From contig CALAVA010000042.1 of NCBI GenBank assembly GCA_937892025.1, positions 739 to 64,738 of the forward strand: a stretch of DNA of 64,000 bases, written 5' to 3'. Below are positions 17,288-24,419 of this stretch, piece by piece. The position numbers were made by a program, and so were the translations under genes. The DNA is from an uncultured Bacteroidales bacterium (GTDB taxonomy: Bacteria; Bacteroidota; Bacteroidia; Bacteroidales; WCHB1-69). The number at the start of each line of letters is the position of its first letter. The stretch's first letter is position 1. Under the pieces are notes generated by a model. It was not told the DNA's origin. It made no database searches and saw only the letters and a program-made list of their open reading frames with translations.

Positions 17288-17514
17288 GTACAACAACACA
17301 ATGGGTTGCCGAAGAGGAAAAACGGCAAAGAAGAGAAAAGGCCATTGTCACCAAAGCAAGAGAGGTTGAAAAGGAAAGAATGGATAGAGGATGGCAATAT
17401 GTTGAACTGACAAAGCAGATGAAGATTCTGGTTCCATGCGACATTTACGGCAATCCAACAAAGAAGGGACTTGAACGTATGGAGGAAAGAAGAAAATCTT
17501 TATGCGTTTTGTAA
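17284..17514 (+). CDS. hypothetical protein (76 aa)
   Basis: ORF-track ORF, ATGA start/stop overlap with the previous gene. Confidence 0.5.
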   Translation: MSTTTQWVAEEEKRQRREKAIVTKAREVEKERMDRGWQYVELTKQMKILVPCDIYGNPTKKGLERMEERRKSLCVL

Positions 17515-17554
17515 CTTTTAACACTTATTATTTGGTATATTCCAAACAAAGTTG

Positions 17555-17562
17555 TAACTTTG
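17555..17562 (+). promoter_or_regulatory. Bacteroidetes-type -7 promoter motif TAACTTTG
   Basis: Matches TAnnTTTG; the predicted start site falls at or near G17575. Confidence 0.5.
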
Positions 17563-17574
17563 CAACAATTTCAA

Positions 17575-17720
17575 GGGGATGCTCGGTGCTTGACCTCACT
17601 GAATCAAAAGAAGTATAACAGGGGAGTTGGTCGCAGCAGTCCTGCCTTTCTAAAAGTTCTTTTGAGCCGAAGGGACTGTGTAGGAGGTCTCATAAGGGAG
17701 TTCGATTCTCCCTATCCCTA
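17575..17720 (+). ncRNA. about 146-nt tRNA-like RNA of non-canonical length (tmRNA-TLD-like ends)
   Basis: 5' GGGGATG pairs with 3' TATCCCT (7 bp, two G-U). A perfect T-arm GGGAG-TTCGATT-CTCCC sits directly before the 3' strand. GACCTC (17592-97) pairs with GAGGTC (17684-89). No ORF; promoter directly upstream. Confidence 0.5.
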
Positions 17721-17748
17721 CTAACTTGAAAACGAAAACAAAAGATTT

Positions 17749-18090
17749 ATGAAGAAAGAACGCAACGAAACACTGCAAGCCTTGTGCCGTGACTATCTTT
17801 CAAGACTGAAACATCTTGCAAAGAAACATGGTCTCGATGCTTGGCTGGACAACTTGATTAAGGCTAACAGAAACAAAGATTGTACGGCAACGGAATATGA
17901 AGTGATGATGCTGTCAAGATGTGTTAATGACGAACGCATCAAACGTACCGATGTGCCAATCATCCTTGGTAAGCCGTACAATCAATGTTATAATGACAAT
18001 GACTTTGACCGCATTAAGAAACTTGCACCTGTTGGCATCTATTCAAAGGTTAGTACGCTGTTGTATGCGGATAAACTTAAAACTATATAA
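17749..18090 (+). CDS. hypothetical protein (113 aa)
   Basis: ORF-track ORF. Confidence 0.5.
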   Translation: MKKERNETLQALCRDYLSRLKHLAKKHGLDAWLDNLIKANRNKDCTATEYEVMMLSRCVNDERIKRTDVPIILGKPYNQCYNDNDFDRIKKLAPVGIYSKVSTLLYADKLKTI

Positions 18091-18092
18091 TT

Positions 18093-18251
18093 ATGGACTA
18101 CGAAAATATTAAAGTAAAACTTCTTGAAATACAAGAAATAATGTCAGAGATACCGCAAGATTGTAAAGGTAATTCTGAGGATGCTTGTAATAATAGAAGA
18201 AAATATATTAAAGTAAAAAGAGCAATTTCTGATTTAATAGAGATTCTATAA
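18093..18251 (+). CDS. small hypothetical protein (52 aa), MDYE-start paralog
   Basis: Hand-read ORF starting MDYENIKVKLLE; its N-terminus resembles the starts at 18649 and 18858. Confidence 0.4.
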   Translation: MDYENIKVKLLEIQEIMSEIPQDCKGNSEDACNNRRKYIKVKRAISDLIEIL

Positions 18252-18253
18252 CT

Positions 18254-18646
18254 ATGATAACAATTAAAAGTTACACAGACCTTTCTCAGTCAAAGAAGTT
18301 GGCAGAGATACTGCCGCTTGAAAGTGCGGATATGTCATATAGACCCTACCGAGAAGAGAGCGGAATACCAGACTATCAAGTTACTTTATGCCCACATATT
18401 TTTGCAAGTTGGATAGGTATTCCTTGCTGGTCTCTTGCAGCGTTGCTTGGTGCTATCGCAATGTATGGTATAATAGACCTTCGATTTCTGCAAAGCACGT
18501 ATGACAACAGGGGCAATCATCTGACAAATGTATGGTGCCTCACTTTTGAGGATTTATGTACTATTAGTCATGATATATATGCAGATAATCCCATTGATGC
18601 TTGCGACGAAATGATTATTAAATTACACGAACTTAAAATGTTGTGA
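18254..18646 (+). CDS. hypothetical protein (130 aa)
   Basis: ORF-track ORF. Confidence 0.5.
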   Translation: MITIKSYTDLSQSKKLAEILPLESADMSYRPYREESGIPDYQVTLCPHIFASWIGIPCWSLAALLGAIAMYGIIDLRFLQSTYDNRGNHLTNVWCLTFEDLCTISHDIYADNPIDACDEMIIKLHELKML

Positions 18647-18648
18647 TT

Positions 18649-18852
18649 ATGGACTATGAGAAGAAATATAAAGAGGCAATGTTGGTCGAACAAAATGCTA
18701 TACTAAAAGAGTTAAAAGCACTACATTTAAGGATGGAACACCAAACTGTTTGCAATGACGCTGGTGGTAATAAAATGTGGAATAAAGCGTGGAGATTGGT
18801 CAATGAGGCAATAAACGTGATAAAGGAAGATAAAGAAACATTTAAATGGTAA
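18649..18852 (+). CDS. hypothetical protein (67 aa), MDYE-start paralog
   Basis: ATG of MDYEKKYKEAM within ORF 18643..18852. Confidence 0.45.
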   Translation: MDYEKKYKEAMLVEQNAILKELKALHLRMEHQTVCNDAGGNKMWNKAWRLVNEAINVIKEDKETFKW

Positions 18853-21032
18853 AAATTATGGACTACGAACAAAAGTACAAAGAGGCTCTTGAGAGAGCGA
18901 AGAAGTGGTACTTTGCACCAAATTCAGAAACTATGCCCACTTATGCAAAGAGAATTATAAAAGAAATTTTCCCCGAATTCAAAGAGTCAGAGGATGAGAG
19001 GATAAGGAAAGAACTTATTGAGCATTGTGAGCAGCAAGCAGAGATATTCAATACTCTTTCAACAGCTAATGACTATGCTAAAGTACAGTCTTGGATTGCT
19101 TGGCTTGACCCAAAACACGACTATCGACATTGTGAGAATAACGTTGATGAAAATAATGCACCAAAAGAATATGGAAAATCTGAGGATGAGGAAACGCGAA
19201 AAGAAATTATCGAATTTATTAAGAGTTCTTTTCCCGTCGGAAAGAATAATCGTTGGATTACTTGGCTTGAAAAGCAAGGTGAACAAAAGCCTGTTGATAT
19301 GCTGAAAAACTATTTCAAAAATACATCAAAAGAGCAACTTGAAAAAGACTTTGAAGAATTAAAAGTCTACAATAATTTTGGTATCAGCATAACAAATGTT
19401 AAACCAAAGTTCAAGGTTGGCGATTGTGTTATTAAAAAGCACAATTCTAACATTAATGATTTTGGCTATTTTACTATTACTGATATTACTGGTGGAAAGT
19501 ATTGGTATAATGATAGAGTTATTTGTGATATATCCGAGCAGGACGAATGGGAACTTTATGAACCTACTCGGCAGAGACCTATTTCAGGTTCTAAGGACTT
19601 TGAAGAAACTCTCGTAGATATTATTGTTTCCTCACAGGGGCTTTATGATTATGACGCAATTAAAGATGTAGTAAAAAGAGAAACTCCTATACTTCTTGCT
19701 ACATTAAAGCAGAAGCCTGCTACTTTTGATTCTGATGAGAATGAGATGGTAAAAAAAGAACTTATAACATTTGTAAGAGGTCTGCTCGAATGCCACGATA
19801 AGCCTAATGCAGAACGTGATGAAAAATACGTATCATGGATTGCATGGCTTGAAAATCAAGGTGAGAAGAAGCCTGATGATAAGGCTGAATCGAAGTTTAA
19901 GGTTGGTGATTGGATTGTTGACAATGAAGATGATGAGTTTTTCAAAGTCACTAAAGTGCGTGAAAATACTTATTGCATCGCAAGTATTGATGGTGAAGAA
20001 TTTGATATACAAAAAGATATTGTAGAAGATGATTACCATATTCTTAGCATTGATGATACCAAGGATGGTGATGTGCTTGCCTGTGAAAGTGGTTGGACTT
20101 GTATTTTTAAGGCTTTGATTAATGACTATACATTTAGTTCTTACTGTTTTATGGATGCAGACAAATTGGTTTGTGAAACAGGAAGCGAATGTCATACTCT
20201 TGATAAAGCGTTTGTTGATGCTTATAATGGAGAGATTCATCCAGCCACCAAAGAACAGCGTGACAAATTAAAGAAGGCTATACTTAATGCTGGATACAAG
20301 TGGGATTCTGAGAAGAAAGAGTTGAAGAAAATTGAGCAGAAGCCTTATGGTCAAAGAGAAGAATGTGAAAAATGTCAGTTTAATTTTGCAGGTGAATGTA
20401 AAGGTTATTGTGAATTAAAAAGAAATGAACAGAAGTCTGTTGAGTGGAGTGAAGATGATGAAAGAATCAGAACTTGCCTAATCAAAGACCAAGAAAAAGC
20501 ATTGGAAGATGTAAAGAATGACAAGTATGGTCATGGCGAAATCATTTCTGACTTAAAGGAAATGTATCGCGAAAGAATTACTTGGCTTGAATCTCTCAGA
20601 CCTCAACCTAAGCAGGAGTGGAGTAATGAGCTGATGATGATACTTGATGAAGTGATAAGAAATCCGCACCTTTCTACTACTGAATATAATGGGCTTATAG
20701 ATTTGAAGGAAAAACTCACTTATGTTGAGCCGAAACCTACTGATTTCTCCAACATCAGGACATGGAAATACGTAGTTGATGCCGTTCTTGCAGAGGAACA
20801 CGGCATTGGCTACTATCTCGGTAGTCCTTGGATAACAGAAACAGCAGATAAGCTTATGAAAAGATTTGGTACTATTGAGCATAAGTCTGCTGAGTGGAGT
20901 GAAGAGGATGAAAAGGCTATTGGTATTATAAAATCGGCTTTGAAACATCCCTATGATATGGATGGAAAATGGGACAGACAATTTGCTTTAGATTGGCTTG
21001 AATCCCTCAAACCTAATAGAATAAAGTTATGA
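18846..21032 (+). CDS. large modular repeat protein (728 aa)
   Basis: At least five repeats of an SEDE..RKE(L/I)I..F module followed by W(I/L)xWLE(K/N/S)(Q/L)..(Q/K)P, plus two KFKVGD(W/C)(I/V) SH3-like modules. Confidence 0.7.
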   Translation: MVKIMDYEQKYKEALERAKKWYFAPNSETMPTYAKRIIKEIFPEFKESEDERIRKELIEHCEQQAEIFNTLSTANDYAKVQSWIAWLDPKHDYRHCENNVDENNAPKEYGKSEDEETRKEIIEFIKSSFPVGKNNRWITWLEKQGEQKPVDMLKNYFKNTSKEQLEKDFEELKVYNNFGISITNVKPKFKVGDCVIKKHNSNINDFGYFTITDITGGKYWYNDRVICDISEQDEWELYEPTRQRPISGSKDFEETLVDIIVSSQGLYDYDAIKDVVKRETPILLATLKQKPATFDSDENEMVKKELITFVRGLLECHDKPNAERDEKYVSWIAWLENQGEKKPDDKAESKFKVGDWIVDNEDDEFFKVTKVRENTYCIASIDGEEFDIQKDIVEDDYHILSIDDTKDGDVLACESGWTCIFKALINDYTFSSYCFMDADKLVCETGSECHTLDKAFVDAYNGEIHPATKEQRDKLKKAILNAGYKWDSEKKELKKIEQKPYGQREECEKCQFNFAGECKGYCELKRNEQKSVEWSEDDERIRTCLIKDQEKALEDVKNDKYGHGEIISDLKEMYRERITWLESLRPQPKQEWSNELMMILDEVIRNPHLSTTEYNGLIDLKEKLTYVEPKPTDFSNIRTWKYVVDAVLAEEHGIGYYLGSPWITETADKLMKRFGTIEHKSAEWSEEDEKAIGIIKSALKHPYDMDGKWDRQFALDWLESLKPNRIKL

Positions 21033-21289
21033 AGAACTTACCAAACAAGATTTACCTCAACTTTGGCGAAATAACCGATGAGGAATTTAAGGAAGCCGAC
21101 TTTGAAGAGTGTGCAGAAGTCACTTGGTGTAAAGACAAAGTGTTTGTCAACGATGTAGAGTACACCCGTACTGATGCCTTTATTGAAAAGGCTTGCGAAT
21201 GGCTTAATAATAGAATGTTACTCTCCAGTTCTGCTCACGTTGTGTTAATAGATATAGTTAAGGATTTCCGTAAAGCAATGGAGGAATAA
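21029..21289 (+). CDS. hypothetical protein (86 aa)
   Basis: ORF-track ORF, ATGA overlap with the previous gene. Confidence 0.5.
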   Translation: MKNLPNKIYLNFGEITDEEFKEADFEECAEVTWCKDKVFVNDVEYTRTDAFIEKACEWLNNRMLLSSSAHVVLIDIVKDFRKAMEE

Positions 21290-21292
21290 ATT

Positions 21293-21751
21293 ATGACACA
21301 AGAAGATAAAAAACTGTTACTGAAAGACCTTTATGCAAGTATTAATACAGAACGATGGATGTCCTTGGAAGATTATCCAAACGAAGAGTGGAGAGATATA
21401 GATGGTTTTGATAATAGATATATGGTAAGTAATATTGGAAGGGTGAAAACAAAAGAGTTTACCTATACTTTATATGGGAAAAATCAAGTTAAGCCAGAGC
21501 ATATTCTTAAAACCACCGTGAGAAAGGATGGTTATTGTAAAGTAAATCTTGGGGGTTATAGGAATCAAAAGACCTTGAATTTACATCGCCTTGTTGCTAT
21601 TGCTTTTATTCCAAATCCACAAAATCTACCTTGTATAAATCATAAGGATGAAAATCCTTCAAACAATACAGTTGAAAATTTAGAATGGTGTTCCTACAAA
21701 TACAATAACAATTACGGTACTTTCAAAGAAAAACATTCAATAGCATTTTAA
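21293..21751 (+). CDS. HNH homing endonuclease (NUMOD4 + HNH_3), N-terminal and catalytic part ending at an in-frame TAA
   Basis: WRDIDGFDNRYMVSNIGRVK (NUMOD4) and NLHRLVAIAFIPNP...INHKDENPSNNTVENLEW (HNH_3). Confidence 0.7.
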   Translation: MTQEDKKLLLKDLYASINTERWMSLEDYPNEEWRDIDGFDNRYMVSNIGRVKTKEFTYTLYGKNQVKPEHILKTTVRKDGYCKVNLGGYRNQKTLNLHRLVAIAFIPNPQNLPCINHKDENPSNNTVENLEWCSYKYNNNYGTFKEKHSIAF

Positions 21752-21946
21752 AACTACCCACAATTTTCTAAACCTATAGTGCAAATGACTATGGACGGGC
21801 AGGACATTCAAGAATTTCCTTCCATAGCAGAAGCAGCAAGGCAACTTAATGGTAATTATGTTAATATTGCAGAATATTTAAGAGAACCCAATAAAAGAAA
21901 TCATGCTTATGGATACAAATGGAGATACAAAAATGCTGCTGATTAA
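21752..21946 (+). pseudogene. in-frame continuation of the HNH endonuclease after TAA 21749-21751 (C-terminal DNA-binding-like module)
   Basis: 64 stop-free codons in the same frame: NYPQFSKPIVQMTMDGQDIQEFPSIAEAARQLNGNYVNIAEYL...YGYKWRYK, the usual C-terminal module of such endonucleases. Confidence 0.5.
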
Positions 21947-22379
21947 AGATTTGAGTAGTCGTTTGCCGTATGGTGTTAAAGTCATTAATACTGCTGATGG
22001 ACTAAATGAAATATGCGAATTAGATAGTATTATAACATCACGAAAGTACAAAGATAAAATTTTCGTTAGTCTTACGTTACCTGATGATTCAGTAATGACA
22101 GGTATTGAAAGTATTAAACCATATCTCCGTCCAATATCTTCAATGACAGAGGAAGAAATGGATGCACTATTTGACATTCTGTATATTGACAAGGAAGGGA
22201 AAGATGATGATTGGATAAAGATAAATGACGCTTGCGGAATCGCATTCTTTTTACCGACGGGCAGATACATAGAAGAAATAGATAAAGCATTAAATTATCT
22301 TAGGTCAATTCATATTGATATTGTGGATTTAATTAAGCGAGGACTGGCATTAGAAGCACCAGTAGATATGTATAATTAA
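21933..22379 (+). CDS. hypothetical protein (about 148 aa)
   Basis: Internal ATG (MLLIKDLSSRL) of ORF 21903..22379; start uncertain. Confidence 0.5.
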   Translation: MLLIKDLSSRLPYGVKVINTADGLNEICELDSIITSRKYKDKIFVSLTLPDDSVMTGIESIKPYLRPISSMTEEEMDALFDILYIDKEGKDDDWIKINDACGIAFFLPTGRYIEEIDKALNYLRSIHIDIVDLIKRGLALEAPVDMYN

Positions 22380-22394
22380 AAAGAAGCATAAACA

Positions 22395-22844
22395 ATGGAA
22401 CAAAAAGAACACATCTACAACCTGCAACTGACAGAAAAACAGGCAAAGATTCTATCATACGCTTGCGACAGGCTTACACGCATCATCTGCGGGCAGGACT
22501 GGACTTATCAGGAGTTCATGGAAGAAGCGTGGGAGAAACGCTGCAAGAAAGCCACAGGCAAGATGATGGACGATAAGTGGGATGGGGGCTGGCACAATAT
22601 GCGTCACGAAGCGGAAGAAATCTGCAAAAACATCAAGAAGAGGTTCTGGGGTTTGGAGCGTAACGCCATGTACGGCATCAACTATGACGATACGGCTGAC
22701 ATCCTCTTTGACTTACACCAATGTATCAGACATCAACTTTGGCTTGACAGACCAGAAAGCGAAAAATCGACTATCACGGTGGATGCTTCGGCAGCAATGC
22801 GTGTCGGTAGTGAGCCGTTGGCAATTATTTCTAAAATCAAATAG
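22395..22844 (+). CDS. hypothetical protein (149 aa)
   Basis: ORF-track ORF. Confidence 0.55.
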   Translation: MEQKEHIYNLQLTEKQAKILSYACDRLTRIICGQDWTYQEFMEEAWEKRCKKATGKMMDDKWDGGWHNMRHEAEEICKNIKKRFWGLERNAMYGINYDDTADILFDLHQCIRHQLWLDRPESEKSTITVDASAAMRVGSEPLAIISKIK

Positions 22845-22848
22845 CATT

Positions 22849-22989
22849 ATGGCAGCCAAAGCGTGTTTCTTGCATTGTAGTCATTGGCGTAATGACGGTG
22901 ATTATTGCGTGATTAGTTCGACTAAAACATCACCGACCTATGAACCAAGGACTTGTCCTTATTATTCAAACAAAAGAAATAAACCATGA
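22849..22989 (+). CDS. small Cys-containing protein (46 aa)
   Basis: ATG (MAAKACFLHCSHW) inside alternate-frame ORF 22582..22989; fills the gap. Confidence 0.35.
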   Translation: MAAKACFLHCSHWRNDGDYCVISSTKTSPTYEPRTCPYYSNKRNKP

Positions 22990-23216
22990 CCATCGAAGAA
23001 TTGAACAAGACTCCGTTCCGATTCCACAGCCACATGGTGATGGAGGACGAACACACCACCACCTACTTAAGCAGCGACGGAAGGATAGGTTTCTGCGACC
23101 ATGTGCCGTGCAAGGACGGAGAGCCGCACGGACGCTCCTACCGCCACTACATGATAGATGGCAAGGTGTATAAAAGTAAAAAGAATTTCATCGAAGCATT
23201 GAAAAGTACGCTGTAA
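22986..23216 (+). CDS. hypothetical protein (76 aa)
   Basis: ORF-track ORF, ATGA overlap. Confidence 0.5.
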   Translation: MTIEELNKTPFRFHSHMVMEDEHTTTYLSSDGRIGFCDHVPCKDGEPHGRSYRHYMIDGKVYKSKKNFIEALKSTL

Positions 23217-23220
23217 AAGT

Positions 23221-23421
23221 ATGATGACCAACCTTTATTATGTCACCCCAAAAGGCTACAGTATGGGGTACTACGTGGTAGCAGACACCATTCAGGAGGC
23301 TGTCGAAAGAGTATTTGACTCCTTGGGGCAAGAAGAGCCAAATCCAAACATGAGCAATGTCAAATACATAGAACAGATACTCTTGCCCGATAGAGCAAAG
23401 ATTATCTCAAATAATGCCTAA
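23221..23421 (+). CDS. hypothetical protein (66 aa)
   Basis: ORF-track ORF. Confidence 0.5.
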   Translation: MMTNLYYVTPKGYSMGYYVVADTIQEAVERVFDSLGQEEPNPNMSNVKYIEQILLPDRAKIISNNA

Positions 23422-23449
23422 ATAATTTGGTCAGTTCAAATAAAAGCGT

Positions 23450-23457
23450 TACCTTTG
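23450..23457 (+). promoter_or_regulatory. Bacteroidetes-type -7 promoter motif TACCTTTG
   Basis: Matches TAnnTTTG; about 140 nt upstream of ATG 23598, implying a long leader. Confidence 0.5.
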
Positions 23458-23597
23458 CAAAAGAAATAAGTTCTGAAAGCGTTGACTTCCACTTTGGACG
23501 CTAAAGAATAATAAGGAATAGCGATTAAGCAGTCTGTTGAAATGGGAGTGGAAGCCCAAAGTAAACAGGCTGCTATCGTTTTAGAAAGGATTGCGAT

Positions 23598-24419
23598 ATG
23601 AACAAGATAATACGGAAGAAGAACGAGAACTACACAATTATTAGCAACGTGTGTGTTCGTGACAACAGGTTATCACTTAAAGCAAAGGGCTTGATGTCAC
23701 TTATTATGTCTCTTCCTGACGATTGGGATTTTTCGATACAAGGGTTAGCCTCTATTGTCAAAGAGGGTAAATCTGCTATATATGCTGCAATAACCGAATT
23801 AAAAGATTTTGGCTACTGCGAAGTCGTTTCTAATCGTGACGATAAAGGAAAGATTATAGGTAACGATTACACATTCTTTGAAGAACCTAATTCCGAAAAG
23901 CCATATACCGAAAAACGGGATATGGATTATCAAGATATGGATTATCAAGATTTAGAAAATCAGCCACAAATAAATAAAGATATAAAAGAAATAAAGACAG
24001 AAACAATAAAAGAAAAAGAAGATAAATCTTCTTCAAAGAAAAAACAAGATTTGGACTTGTCTATCGTTGATTCTTCATTTCTTTCGGTTGTTGAAATGTG
24101 GATTGCATACAAGAAAGAAAAGAGCCAATCATATAAACCGACAGGATTTAAGACATTCTACAAAAAACTTGTTGAGTTAAGTGGTAATAATCCTCAAATA
24201 GCCATGTTGATAATTGAGCAGTCAATGCAAAACAATTATGCTGGCATATTTCCACTAAAAGAATGGGAAAAAGAAAAGGTGAAACAACAAGAGAAATTCA
24301 GTGTCACCAATGAAGAAGTAATTTATAACACTTGGACTGATACATATACACCACGTGAAGGGCAGAAAAACCAAAAAGGGGAAGTGTGGAGTAGTCAATT
24401 AAACATTTGGTTGAAATGA
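23598..24419 (+). CDS. putative replication initiator / replisome organizer with N-terminal winged-helix domain
   Basis: N-terminus NYTIISNVCVRDNRLSLKAKGLMSLIMSLPDDWDFSIQGLASI..GKSAIYAAITELKDFGY is typical of phage Rep/DnaD-like wHTH; directly precedes the primase-helicase. Confidence 0.5.
   Translation: MNKIIRKKNENYTIISNVCVRDNRLSLKAKGLMSLIMSLPDDWDFSIQGLASIVKEGKSAIYAAITELKDFGYCEVVSNRDDKGKIIGNDYTFFEEPNSEKPYTEKRDMDYQDMDYQDLENQPQINKDIKEIKTETIKEKEDKSSSKKKQDLDLSIVDSSFLSVVEMWIAYKKEKSQSYKPTGFKTFYKKLVELSGNNPQIAMLIIEQSMQNNYAGIFPLKEWEKEKVKQQEKFSVTNEEVIYNTWTDTYTPREGQKNQKGEVWSSQLNIWLK

Noticed and set aside
17575-17720. Calling the 146-nt RNA a genuine tmRNA
   Set aside because: It is far shorter than known tmRNAs and has no room for the pseudoknots. 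Position 3:70 is G-C rather than the G-U alanine identity pair. The only candidate tag frame ends ..AAVLPF, not ..ALAA. I kept it as tRNA-like or unclassified.
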